Both the position numbers and the translations under genes were made by a program. From Gammaproteobacteria bacterium (GTDB taxonomy: Bacteria; Pseudomonadota; Gammaproteobacteria; Steroidobacterales; JBFFHS01): DNA of 64,000 bases. Below the pieces are notes generated by a model. It had not been told where the DNA came from. It was given only the letters and a program-made list of their open reading frames with translations, and searched no databases. Position 1 is the first letter of the stretch; every line of letters starts with the position of its first letter. The stretch spans positions 9,423 through 73,422 of the forward strand of contig JBFFHS010000001.1 in NCBI GenBank assembly GCA_041556855.1. The letters run 5' to 3'. This document shows, piece by piece, positions 27,726 through 36,943 of the stretch.

Positions 27726-28625
27726 GTGACCGCATCAGCTCTACATTCACAGGCGAACGATCGACTCAGCTCGACGCTGTTCTTAGCCCTGTTGTTGCAC
27801 GGGATCATCATCCTCGGCATCACCTTCTCGGCTGATCCGCTGCTTGACTCCGAGGAATTACCCACCCTGAAGGTGACCCTGCTGGTGGACACCAGCGATA
27901 TCGATCGGCAACCGGATGACTACGATTATCTGGCCCAACGCAATCAGCAGGGGGCAGGGCAATCTGAGGACTTGGGCAGAGCCGCCGCGGCACCGGCTAT
28001 GACCGATCCCCTCACGCTGTCGGGCTCGCCAGCCGGTGGCGACCTGAACGAGGCACGCCCGCGCAGCGAAGAGCAGGATGCCGAACGGCTCGTCACCCGT
28101 AATCCCTCCACCGACGCCATTCTCGCGTCACCCGACCCCAACGAGACTGAGGCAGCGGTGCCGATGCGGGCCATGGCGCTGATGAATAATCCAGCCACTA
28201 AGACCAGCGTCGCGGACCTGGACGATCACACCAGCGCGGCTGCTGACCACGGCCGGGAATTGGTGATCAGCCCGGCAACCAAGCAAGCCACTGTGGCCGG
28301 CTATCTCAACCAGTGGCGGCGACGCGTAGAGCGGATCGGCACCCTTAACTTCCCGCGCAGCGCCGGCCGCGAAGGGGGCGCTCACTGGCCCACCCTGGAA
28401 GTGGTGGTGGATCAGCAGGGTGATCTGGTTGAGATCGTGCTGCGCGACTCTTCCGGCGACGCTGCCCTGGATCAAGCCGCTCTCGCCATTCTCCGCATGG
28501 CCGCGCCCTTCGATCGCCTGCCCCCGGAAATCAGCGCCGATTACGATGTGCTCCGGTTCGCTTATGAGTGGCAGTTCGACGAGGGCTCCGCGCAGACCAG
28601 CCCCAACGTCGCCGCAGCCAACTAG
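27726..28625 (+). CDS. TonB-family energy transducer (TonB C-terminal domain)
   Basis: N-terminal TM helix, an acidic/Pro-rich linker, and a C-terminal TonB_C-like fold (GDLVEIVLRDSSGDAALDQAALAILRMAAPFDRLP). GTG start. Confidence 0.75.
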   Translation: MTASALHSQANDRLSSTLFLALLLHGIIILGITFSADPLLDSEELPTLKVTLLVDTSDIDRQPDDYDYLAQRNQQGAGQSEDLGRAAAAPAMTDPLTLSGSPAGGDLNEARPRSEEQDAERLVTRNPSTDAILASPDPNETEAAVPMRAMALMNNPATKTSVADLDDHTSAAADHGRELVISPATKQATVAGYLNQWRRRVERIGTLNFPRSAGREGGAHWPTLEVVVDQQGDLVEIVLRDSSGDAALDQAALAILRMAAPFDRLPPEISADYDVLRFAYEWQFDEGSAQTSPNVAAAN

Positions 28626-28743
28626 GCACCGGGGCGAGGCGCCAGCCGGCATGACAAGCGGGGACCGACCCCGGGGCGCCGGGCAAAACTGCTAGAATTA
28701 CACCACCTGACCAACTCAAAGGGGTCGCCGGGGACCGTCAAGT

Positions 28744-29298
28744 ATGAATTCACTGCAGGATCATTTCTTGATTGCCATGCCGTCCATGGGCGACCCGAAC
28801 TTCAACGAGACGGTCACCTACGTCTGCGAACACAATGAGCACGGCGCCTTGGGGATTATTATCAACCGCCCCATCGAAATGCAGGTACGGGACATCCTGG
28901 AGCAGTTGTCCTTCGAAGTGACGGATCAGGCAGCGGCAGATCAACCGGTTCTGGGTGGCGGCCCCGTGCATCGAGACCGCGGTTTCGTGTTGCATCAGTC
29001 GGATCAGGCCTACGAGTCCACGCTGGCCGCTGCAGACGAGATCAAGGTCACCATGTCTCAGGACATTCTGGATGCAGTCGCCCACGGGGAGGGCCCGGAG
29101 AAAGTCCTGGTGGCGCTAGGCTGCGCCGGCTGGGAGGCTGGCCAACTGGAGGACGAACTGGTCAACAACGCCTGGTTAAGCGTACCCGCCGATCCCAAGA
29201 TCATTTTCGATACCGCCTTCGAGCTACGCTGGTCCGCCGCCGCTGCGCTGTTGGGCGTGGATATCACACAAATCAGCACCTATGCCGGACACGCCTGA
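28744..29298 (+). CDS. algH: YqgE/AlgH family protein (UPF0301)
   Basis: LQDHFLIAMPSMGDPNF..TVTYVCEHNEHGALGIIINRP, the characteristic family N-terminus. Confidence 0.9.
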   Translation: MNSLQDHFLIAMPSMGDPNFNETVTYVCEHNEHGALGIIINRPIEMQVRDILEQLSFEVTDQAAADQPVLGGGPVHRDRGFVLHQSDQAYESTLAAADEIKVTMSQDILDAVAHGEGPEKVLVALGCAGWEAGQLEDELVNNAWLSVPADPKIIFDTAFELRWSAAAALLGVDITQISTYAGHA

Positions 29299-29734
29299 CG
29301 GTTCCCAACAGCGGTCCGGCGGCATTATTCTGGCTTTCGACTATGGTGTGCGGCGCATCGGTGTTGCCGCCGGTAATGGCATTACCCAGTCGGCTACGGC
29401 CCTAATGACGCTTACACTGAGCAGTGGCAGGCCACCCTGGGATGCGATCGACCGACTGGTGGCGGAGTGGTCACCGGAGCAGCTTGTCGTCGGCGATCCT
29501 GGTGCCGGCGGCAGCACGTCCATCGCCGAGCAGGCCGGGGCTTTCTCGACCGCGCTGGAGCAGCGCTACGGCTTGCCGGTGGCGCGGGTCGATGAGGCGC
29601 TGACCTCAGCTGCCGCTGCCTCTCAGTTGGCCGAAGCACGCCGCACGGGGGCACGCAGCCGACGCATCAAGAAAGAAATGATCGACAGCCAAGCGGCTCG
29701 ACTGATCGCTGAGCAATACCTGAATTCCGGCTGA
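29282..29734 (+). CDS. ruvX: Holliday junction resolvase-like protein RuvX (YqgF)
   Basis: ILAFDYGVRRIGVAAG motif, 150 aa. It overlaps the algH end. Confidence 0.9.
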   Translation: MPDTPDGSQQRSGGIILAFDYGVRRIGVAAGNGITQSATALMTLTLSSGRPPWDAIDRLVAEWSPEQLVVGDPGAGGSTSIAEQAGAFSTALEQRYGLPVARVDEALTSAAAASQLAEARRTGARSRRIKKEMIDSQAARLIAEQYLNSG

Positions 29735-29738
29735 GGCA

Positions 29739-30617
29739 TTGATGGAACACCCAGCAAAACGGGGCACGATCTTCCTGGAGGACGCGCGCGTAGTCAGCCA
29801 CGAGGCGCACCCGGCACAGCAGTTCATTCTGCGGCTGGCAGCGCCGAAATGCGCGGCACGGGCACGGCCCGGTTGCTTTGCCCATTTGACCTGCGATGCC
29901 ACTCTTCCCATGCGGCGGCCGCTTTCCATCATGCGCGTCCATGCCGACGAGGGTTGGGTCGAATTCCTTTATAAAATTGTGGGAGAAGGCTTGCGGGCTT
30001 TGGCTCAGCATCAACCCGGCGACACGGTCAGCCTGTTGGGCCCCATCGGCCAGCCGTTCCAGATTGATCCATCGCGACCCAGGGTGCTGGCCATTGGCGG
30101 CGGCGTAGGCATTCCCCCCATGGTATTCCTGGCCGAGACGCTGCGTGACGATCACCGGTTCCGGCCGCTGGTGTTGATGGGTTCCGAGATTCCGTTCCCT
30201 TTCCGGCTAACCCGCGCTAACGCGGCCATTCCCGGCATGCCTGCCAACGCCGATGGCGCGCTGACCCTGCTGAATGACTGGGGCGTGGCGTCGCGTCTTG
30301 CCAGTCAGCAGGGCTACCCCGGATGTTTCCATGGCCTGGTGACCGAGCTCGCCGATGCCTGGTTGGCCAGCTTGTCGCCAGACGAGCGCGACACCTGCCA
30401 GATCGTCGCCTGCGGCCCGACTCCCATGCTCAAGGCTACCGCTCGACTTGCCGCCCGCTACGAGTTGCCTTGTCAGGTCGCGTTGGAGGAATACATGGCC
30501 TGCGGCGTGGGCGGCTGCGCCGGTTGCACCGTCGCCGTGAAGACGCCCCAGGGCATGGCGATGAAACGAGTCTGCGTGGACGGCCCGGTCTTCGACGCCT
30601 ACCAGGTGTTTTTCTAG
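29739..30617 (+). CDS. PyrK-like ferredoxin-reductase-type protein (FAD/NAD-binding plus C-terminal 2Fe-2S)
   Basis: RRPLSIM (FAD-binding RxYS-like), GGGVGIPP (NAD-binding), and a C-terminal Cys cluster MACGVGGCAGCTV like the dihydroorotate dehydrogenase B electron-transfer subunit. Confidence 0.7.
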   Translation: MMEHPAKRGTIFLEDARVVSHEAHPAQQFILRLAAPKCAARARPGCFAHLTCDATLPMRRPLSIMRVHADEGWVEFLYKIVGEGLRALAQHQPGDTVSLLGPIGQPFQIDPSRPRVLAIGGGVGIPPMVFLAETLRDDHRFRPLVLMGSEIPFPFRLTRANAAIPGMPANADGALTLLNDWGVASRLASQQGYPGCFHGLVTELADAWLASLSPDERDTCQIVACGPTPMLKATARLAARYELPCQVALEEYMACGVGGCAGCTVAVKTPQGMAMKRVCVDGPVFDAYQVFF

Positions 30618-30630
30618 ACGGGCTCCGCCG

Positions 30631-31686
30631 CTAGCCGAAGTTGATCTTGGCCTCCAGGTTGGTTCTCGAATCGGCATTGGAAAGCGCCTCCTCCATGCCG
30701 ATGTGGCCGCCCCGATAGAGCTCGAACAGAGCATCGTCGAAAGTCTGCACCCCGGGCTCCTTGGTGTCCTTGAAGGCTTCTTTAAGGGCACTGATGTCAC
30801 CCTTTAGAATCAGCTCGGAGATATAAGGTGTATTCAGCATCACCTCGACGGCGGCCACCCGCTTACCGTCCCTACCCCGCACCAGCCGCTGAGAAATCAC
30901 GGCCCGCAGATACTGGGACATATCCATGAAAACCTGCGGGTGCTGCTCGGTTGGATACATGTTGATGACCCGATCCAGAGTCTCGGGCGCATTATTAGCG
31001 TGCAGCGTGGCGACGGCCAGATGGCCCGTGCCTGCAAGATCGATGGCGGCCTGCATGGAGTCCGCATCCCGAATCTCACCGATCAAAATGACATCCGGCG
31101 CCTCGCGCATACTGCTGCGGAGCGCTCTTGCGTAGGATTTAGTGTCCAACCCCACCTCACGCTGATTGATGATGCACTTCTTGTTGGTGTGCAGGAACTC
31201 GATGGGATCCTCGATGGTGAGTATATGGCTTGAAGAATGCTCATTGCGATAGTCGATCATCGCCGCCTGAGTGGTTGACTTGCCGCTGCCCGTGGCGCCC
31301 ACCATCAGGATCAGACCGCGGCGCAGCATGATCAGATCGTTAAGAATCTCCGGCATGCCCAGCTCTTCCAGACTCGGAATCTGGGTAGAGATGTAGCGGA
31401 GCACCATGGCAACATTGCCGCGCTGATGAAAGATATTGACGCGAAACCGACCAAGCCCTGGTTCCGAAATGGCGAAATCAATTTCCAACTCCCGGGTAAA
31501 GGTTTCCAGTTGGTCCTCATTCATGAGTTCAAGCGCTGCCTGACGGACCATTTTGGGCGTCAGCTGAAGCTTGTTGACGGGCATGATCTTGCCGTCGATC
31601 TTTATCATCACCGGGGCTTGAGTGGTGAAGAAGAGGTCAGACGCCCCCTTATCCACCATCAGTTTGAATAGTGGTCTGACGTTCAT
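30631..31686 (-). CDS. PilT/PilU-family type IV pilus ATPase, third paralog (PilU-like)
   Basis: 351 aa with Walker A GATGSGKST, Walker B DVILIGEIRD and His box GHLAVATLHAN. It lacks the PilT AIRNLIRE motif (it has YISELILKG instead). Confidence 0.85.
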   Translation of the reverse strand: MNVRPLFKLMVDKGASDLFFTTQAPVMIKIDGKIMPVNKLQLTPKMVRQAALELMNEDQLETFTRELEIDFAISEPGLGRFRVNIFHQRGNVAMVLRYISTQIPSLEELGMPEILNDLIMLRRGLILMVGATGSGKSTTQAAMIDYRNEHSSSHILTIEDPIEFLHTNKKCIINQREVGLDTKSYARALRSSMREAPDVILIGEIRDADSMQAAIDLAGTGHLAVATLHANNAPETLDRVINMYPTEQHPQVFMDMSQYLRAVISQRLVRGRDGKRVAAVEVMLNTPYISELILKGDISALKEAFKDTKEPGVQTFDDALFELYRGGHIGMEEALSNADSRTNLEAKINFG

Positions 31687-31706
31687 GGCTTGCCACTCAC
31701 TACTGG

Positions 31707-32870
31707 TTAGTAGTTGAGTGCTCCGTCCCTCTCCTCGTCCATAAGATGAAGGCTTTCCGCGTGGCTCGCGGCAGCCTTTTCCTCGCGCTTGCTCTCGAGT
31801 TTGATCCGCAGCCGCAGCTCGTTCTTGGAGTCCGCATTCCGTAGCGCCTCCTCATAGCAAATCACACCGTCTTCGTAGAGCTTGAATAGAGCCTGGTCAA
31901 ACGTCTGCATGCCGAGCCGGGTCGACTTGGCCATGATTTCTTTGATCTGCGCCACCTCACCGCGAAAGATGAGATCGGAGATCAGAGGGGATGCCAACAG
32001 TATCTCCATGGCAGCAACTCGACCAAGCTGGTTCTCCCGGGGCAGCAGTCGTTGAGAAATCATTCCCTTGATGTTGAGAGACAGGTCCATCAGCAGCTGC
32101 TGGCGGCGTTCCTCCGGGAAGAAGTTGATGATCCGATCCAGGGCCTGGTTAGCGCTGTTGGCGTGCAGGGTAGCCAGGCACAGATGACCTGTCTCGGCAA
32201 ACTGGATGCCATATTCCATGGTATCCCGATCGCGAATCTCACCGATCATGATGACGTCCGGCGCCTGGCGCAAAGTATTTTTCAATGCGTTATGCCAGGA
32301 CTCGGTGTCAACGCCTACTTCGCGCTGGGTGATCACGCAGCCGCGATGAGGATGCACGAATTCCACCGGATCCTCGATAGTGATGATATGGCCGTGAGTC
32401 TGCTCGTTCCGATAACCGATCATCGCTGCCAGCGTGGTCGACTTACCCGAGCCTGTGCCACCTACCACCAGCACCAGGCCGCGCTTAGTCATGACCACTT
32501 CCTGCAGCACTGGCGGCAGCTCCAACTCGTCCACGGTGGGGATCTTGGTGACGATAGTTCGCAGCACCGCGCCCATATTGCCCTGAGCAATAAATGCGCT
32601 GACACGAAACCGACCAATACCCTGAGGCGCAATTGCGAAATTGCACTCCTTGGTCGCGTCAAATTCCTTGGTCTGTTTGTCGTTCATGATGGAACGAACG
32701 ATGAGTGAGCTCTGCTCCGGCGTCAGCGGTCGATCCGCGTAGGGCTTGATCTCACCATCGATCTTGATAGCTGGCGGATAGCCCGAGGTGATGAACAGGT
32801 CGGAACCCTTGTTCTCCACCATCTTCTTCAACAGGCTCTGAACGAGCCGGACTGCCTGATCGCGTTCCAT
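31707..32870 (-). CDS. pilU: Type IV pilus ATPase PilU
   Basis: 387 aa. MVENKGSDLFITSG..GGTGSGKST..AETGHLCLATLHANSANQALDRIINFFP closely resembles Pseudomonas PilU. Confidence 0.85.
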   Translation of the reverse strand: MERDQAVRLVQSLLKKMVENKGSDLFITSGYPPAIKIDGEIKPYADRPLTPEQSSLIVRSIMNDKQTKEFDATKECNFAIAPQGIGRFRVSAFIAQGNMGAVLRTIVTKIPTVDELELPPVLQEVVMTKRGLVLVVGGTGSGKSTTLAAMIGYRNEQTHGHIITIEDPVEFVHPHRGCVITQREVGVDTESWHNALKNTLRQAPDVIMIGEIRDRDTMEYGIQFAETGHLCLATLHANSANQALDRIINFFPEERRQQLLMDLSLNIKGMISQRLLPRENQLGRVAAMEILLASPLISDLIFRGEVAQIKEIMAKSTRLGMQTFDQALFKLYEDGVICYEEALRNADSKNELRLRIKLESKREEKAAASHAESLHLMDEERDGALNY

Positions 32871-32898
32871 GAGCTAAGCCTCCAACATCAAGCGCGGG

Positions 32899-33942
32899 CT
32901 AGAAGTTCTCCTTGTTGACGGCTTTAAACCGTGCCTCTTCCTTGGTAATCAATCCACGCGTCATGAGTTCCTGGAGATTTTGATCCAGCGTTTGCATGCC
33001 CTGTGCCTGACCGGTTTGGATCGCCGAATACATTTGAGCGATTTTGCCCTCACGAATCAGGTTGCGGATAGCCGGCGTGCCCATCATGATCTCATGAGCA
33101 GCAATTCGCCCGCCCCCCGTTTTCTTCAGAAGGGTCTGAGAAATAACGGCGCGCAGGGATTCAGACAGCATGCTGCGAACCATCTCCTTTTCCGCCGCTG
33201 GGAACACGTCCACTACCCGGTCGATGGTCTTGGCGGCAGAACTGGTATGCAGCGTGCCGAACACCAGATGACCAGTCTCGGCAGCTGTCAGCGCCAGCCG
33301 AATGGTCTCCAGATCACGCATCTCGCCAACCAGCACTACATCCGGGTCCTCGCGCAACGCCGACCGCAATGCCTCCGCGAAACCCAGCGTGTCGCGATGC
33401 ACTTCACGCTGATTAATCAACGAGCGCTTGCTTTCGTGAACGAACTCGATGGGATCCTCAATCGTAATGATGTGATCGGGCTTGTTGTCGTTGACGTAGT
33501 CAACCATGGCGGCAAGAGTAGTGGACTTCCCCGAACCGGTGGGGCCAGTAACCAGAACAAGCCCACGCGGATGCATGGAAATATCCTTGAAGATTCGCGG
33601 CGCACCCAAGTCATCAAGCGTCAAAATCTCTGACGGAATTGTGCGAAACACGGCTGCGCTACCGCGATTCTGATTAAAGGCATTGACACGAAAACGAGCC
33701 AGCTTGGGAATCTCGAAAGAGAAATCCGTTTCCAGGTACTCTTCGAAATCCTTGCGCTGTTTGTCGTTCATGATGTCGTATACCATACTGTGCACGTCCT
33801 TGTGCTTCAGTGCTGGCATGTTGATTCGTTTGACGTCGCCATCGACTCGGATCATCGGCGGGACCCCCGCCGACAGATGCAAATCGGATGCGTTGTTTTT
33901 GACGGCGAAAGCCAGTAATTGGGCGATGTCCACTGCAGCCAT
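32899..33942 (-). CDS. pilT: Twitching motility retraction ATPase PilT
   Basis: 347 aa with NNASDLHLSAGVPPMIRVDGD, GPTGSGKST and the AIRNLIREGK motif. Confidence 0.95.
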   Translation of the reverse strand: MAAVDIAQLLAFAVKNNASDLHLSAGVPPMIRVDGDVKRINMPALKHKDVHSMVYDIMNDKQRKDFEEYLETDFSFEIPKLARFRVNAFNQNRGSAAVFRTIPSEILTLDDLGAPRIFKDISMHPRGLVLVTGPTGSGKSTTLAAMVDYVNDNKPDHIITIEDPIEFVHESKRSLINQREVHRDTLGFAEALRSALREDPDVVLVGEMRDLETIRLALTAAETGHLVFGTLHTSSAAKTIDRVVDVFPAAEKEMVRSMLSESLRAVISQTLLKKTGGGRIAAHEIMMGTPAIRNLIREGKIAQMYSAIQTGQAQGMQTLDQNLQELMTRGLITKEEARFKAVNKENF

Positions 33943-34010
33943 AACCGACTCCGAAAACCTTCCAATTGCCGCGCGGCCCAGGGGCGCTGAATGGCATTTA
34001 CCATAAGGCC

Positions 34011-34739
34011 ATGCCTAGTATAGCGAAGGACTCCCGGCAAAGCGTGATTCGCATCACGGAACACCTGGCGCGAGTGCAGAAGCGGGTGCAATTAGCGGCC
34101 TGCAAGGCCGGTCGCAGCGCCGAATCGGTCCGCATACTGGCGGTCAGCAAGCAGCAACCTGCCGCTGCGATCAGCGCCGCAGTTGAGGCCGGCCAGCACG
34201 ACTTCGGCGAGAACTATCTCCAGGAGGCGATTCCGAAGGTCGCCGCTCTGGTCGATGCCCATCTCAAGTGGCACTTCATCGGCAAATTACAGAGTAACAA
34301 GACACGCGCCGTAGCGGAGCACTTCGACTGGGTGCATACCGTAGACCGCAAGCGCATCGCCATGCGTTTGAACGCGCAACGTCCTGATTCTCTGGGGCCC
34401 CTGAACGTGTGCATCCAGGTCATGCTCGCTCCAGAAGCCACCAAGTCGGGCACCGCACCCGGTGAACTGCTTGAGCTGGCGGCAAGTGTTGCCGAGTTGC
34501 CCCACCTGAGGCTGCGCGGCCTGATGTGTATCCCGCCAGCGACAGAACAGCCCGAGGGCGCCCGACCCTACTTCCGCCGGCTGCGCCACCTGTACGAGGA
34601 GTTGCAAGCCGCAGGCTATGAACTTGATACCCTGTCCATGGGTATGTCCAATGATCTGGAGGTCGCCATAAGTGAAGGCGCAACGCTGGTCCGGATCGGT
34701 ACCGCGATTTTTGGCCCGCGACCACCACGCGCCACTTAG
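34011..34739 (+). CDS. yggS: YggS-family pyridoxal-phosphate homeostasis protein
   Basis: VRILAVSKQQP (PLP lysine), HFIGKLQSNK, LSMGMSNDLEVAI. Start trimmed to ATG 34011. Confidence 0.9.
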   Translation: MPSIAKDSRQSVIRITEHLARVQKRVQLAACKAGRSAESVRILAVSKQQPAAAISAAVEAGQHDFGENYLQEAIPKVAALVDAHLKWHFIGKLQSNKTRAVAEHFDWVHTVDRKRIAMRLNAQRPDSLGPLNVCIQVMLAPEATKSGTAPGELLELAASVAELPHLRLRGLMCIPPATEQPEGARPYFRRLRHLYEELQAAGYELDTLSMGMSNDLEVAISEGATLVRIGTAIFGPRPPRAT

Positions 34740-34751
34740 AGGGTTGCATTA

Positions 34752-35297
34752 ATGGAAAGAGCATTGCTGTTCCTGATCCGCACGTTGTTTGATCTGTATC
34801 TGCTGACCTATCTGCTGCGTTTCATTCTGCAGTGGATTCGCGCTGACTTTTACAACCCGTTCTCTCAGTTCGTATTGCGCGTCACCAACCCACTGGTTAT
34901 TCCGGCGCGCCGCGTAATCCCAGCCGCAGGCGGGATAGATCTGGCGACTCTGGCGGTGATGTTTCTGCTGCAACTCGTGGCGACCTATATCCTGCTGCTC
35001 ATCGCAGGTATCCGCCCTGGGGCGCTTGATCTGGTCAGTATCGCCGCACTGCGGCTGGTGTCGTTGGTACTCTGGCTGTACTTTGCGGCCATACTCCTCT
35101 ATGTCATCCTGAGTTGGGTCGCCCCGGGCCGGCACAACCCAATCAGCGCCATGTTATATTCGCTGACCGCGCCGTTGCTTCGACCAGTGCAAAGGGTGAT
35201 TCCGCCAATCGGCGGCTTGGACCTATCACCCCTGATCGTGCTGATCCTGCTGCAGGCTCTGATGATTGCGCTGCCTCTGCCTGGCTACCTGCGGTGA
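34752..35297 (+). CDS. yggT: YggT family membrane protein
   Basis: 181 aa with two YGGT repeats (NPFSQFVLRVTNPLVIPARRVIP / NPISAMLYSLTAPLLRPVQRVIPP). Confidence 0.85.
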   Translation: MERALLFLIRTLFDLYLLTYLLRFILQWIRADFYNPFSQFVLRVTNPLVIPARRVIPAAGGIDLATLAVMFLLQLVATYILLLIAGIRPGALDLVSIAALRLVSLVLWLYFAAILLYVILSWVAPGRHNPISAMLYSLTAPLLRPVQRVIPPIGGLDLSPLIVLILLQALMIALPLPGYLR

Positions 35298-35531
35298 CCG
35301 CGCACAACGCCCCGAGCGCTCGCCAGGACAGAGCCTGCGGCGCTGCTCGCCAAGACCAGCGACGTTCTTACACGGCACGTTGAGCAACCAAGTGGTTGCC
35401 CCTATCGCCGGCCCTATCGCCGGAAGGGGCACAAGATCCGCTGCCGGCGAGAGCTACCTCCAGATATCCGGGCCATGTTCGGTGAGCGCAGATGGTTTAT
35501 AATTGTGCGGCGGTTTGGGGGAACAAAAACA

Positions 35532-36026
35532 ATGACAGTGAAGACGCTTTCCGGCCCGATTCTGGTTACCCTCGCCTTGCTGGCCGGCTGCCAGCCCGGC
35601 CCCAGCGACGCTCCTGCAAGCAGTGCCCCTCGGGCGGCGCCAAGCACTGAGACATCCAAGGATTTCGGCGACTACGTTGTGCATTTCAACGCTCTCAGTA
35701 CAGATCAGCTTACCGCTGAAGTGGCCAGGAGCTACGGCATCGTCCGCAGCCCGAACCGCGCGATGCTGACCATCAGCATCATCAAGAAGGCCCCTGGCAC
35801 CACGGGCTCGTCGGTGGCAGGCACCGTAACCGCCTCGGCAAGCAATCTCACCGGCCAGCTCAAACAGATCAACGTCCGCGAGATCCGGGAGGGCGACGCC
35901 ATCTACTATATTGGCGAGGTGACTGTCAGCAACGAGGAAACCCTGACCTTCAATGCGGACATCGCGCCAGAGAGCAGCGCAGAAAGCTTCGCGGTAGAGT
36001 TCAGAAAGCAGTTTTTTACGGACTAG
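35532..36026 (+). CDS. Lipoprotein-like hypothetical protein (DUF4426-like by position after yggT)
   Basis: Lipobox LLAGC after a signal peptide. The family call rests on synteny recollection only. Start trimmed to ATG 35532. Confidence 0.55.
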   Translation: MTVKTLSGPILVTLALLAGCQPGPSDAPASSAPRAAPSTETSKDFGDYVVHFNALSTDQLTAEVARSYGIVRSPNRAMLTISIIKKAPGTTGSSVAGTVTASASNLTGQLKQINVREIREGDAIYYIGEVTVSNEETLTFNADIAPESSAESFAVEFRKQFFTD

Positions 36027-36051
36027 CTCGTCAGAACCTATTATCATCCGG

Positions 36052-36084
36052 GCCGGCAGCTCCACTGGGGCTGCCGTCTTTTTT
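36052..36084 (+). terminator. Intrinsic terminator
   Basis: ccggcagc-loop-gctgccg followed by TCTTTTTTT. Confidence 0.65.
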
Positions 36085-36112
36085 TAGCCAAACCACTTAG
36101 GGAGTTTATTGA

Positions 36113-36436
36113 ATGGCCAAGACTGCAGCCGCCAAGGCAATGACCAAATCACAAATTTACGCAACGATTGCGGAAGACACCGGTCTATCTCGAAAGGACG
36201 TCGCGGCTGTTTTCGACTCCATGTCGGGTCTGATGAAAAAGAACCTGAAAGGTCGCGCTGCACCGGGCGTCTTTACGGTTCCTGGCCTGATGAAGATAAA
36301 AACCGTTAAAAAACCGGCGCGTCCAGCGCGTAAGGGCATTAATCCATTCACCGGCGAGGAAACAGTTTTCAAGGCCAAGCCCGCATCCAAGGCCGTGAAG
36401 ATTCTCGCCCTCAAGGCACTGAAGGACATGGTCTGA
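36113..36436 (+). CDS. HU/IHF-family DNA-binding protein with an Ala/Lys-rich N-terminal extension
   Basis: 107 aa. KSQIYATIAE..LSRKDVAAVFDS.. and GINPFTGEETVFKAKPASK..KALKD match the HU fold pattern. Confidence 0.75.
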   Translation: MAKTAAAKAMTKSQIYATIAEDTGLSRKDVAAVFDSMSGLMKKNLKGRAAPGVFTVPGLMKIKTVKKPARPARKGINPFTGEETVFKAKPASKAVKILALKALKDMV

Positions 36437-36446
36437 GCCCCGGCTC

Positions 36447-36472
36447 CGCGGGCACAGGCAACTGTGCCCGCG
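36447..36472. terminator. GC-rich hairpin between convergent genes
   Basis: cgcgggcacag-gcaa-ctgtgcccgcg (11-bp stem). The U-tract is weak, so function as a terminator is uncertain. Confidence 0.4.
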
Positions 36473-36473
36473 T

Positions 36474-36926
36474 TTACCCGGCGCGCACCCGATTGCGAAC
36501 GCGGATCATGTCCCTGTGGGGGATGTACAAAAGCTCTGCGACACGCCGAATGAGGTGATCCTCATGCCTGTCCAGATGCTCATCGGCGAGAGCCACCTGC
36601 CACAGCATCTCCAGCACCCTCAGCTTCTCGACCTCGCTCAAGTTGTCGTGCAGCAGGCGAGTAAAGCCCTGCAGCGATACCGCATGATCCACCTCTTCAG
36701 TCGCCTGATTTAAGAGCGCCTCGGCCTCCTCCGGCGACAGGTCAAAGTGGTTCTTCAACAGCTCAAAAATCAGCTCGTTTTCGACGACTTCCTCGCGGTA
36801 ATCAGCCCGAGCGATCTCCACCAGCAGCGCGGCGGTAGACAGCGCCAAAGCGTGCTCCCGGTCGACAGTTTCCTCCGCCTGATCCGTCAGCGCTTGCTCA
36901 AGTAGGTCCTTCAATAGCTTGATCAA
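36474..36926 (-). CDS. TerB-like (tellurite-resistance TerB family) protein
   Basis: 150-aa all-helical acidic protein. ALLVEIARADY..E..L and LWQVALADEHLDRHEDHLIRRVAELL resemble the TerB/DjlA-N repeat. Confidence 0.6.
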   Translation of the reverse strand: MIKLLKDLLEQALTDQAEETVDREHALALSTAALLVEIARADYREEVVENELIFELLKNHFDLSPEEAEALLNQATEEVDHAVSLQGFTRLLHDNLSEVEKLRVLEMLWQVALADEHLDRHEDHLIRRVAELLYIPHRDMIRVRNRVRAG

Positions 36927-36943
36927 AATCTTAATCCACCGAT

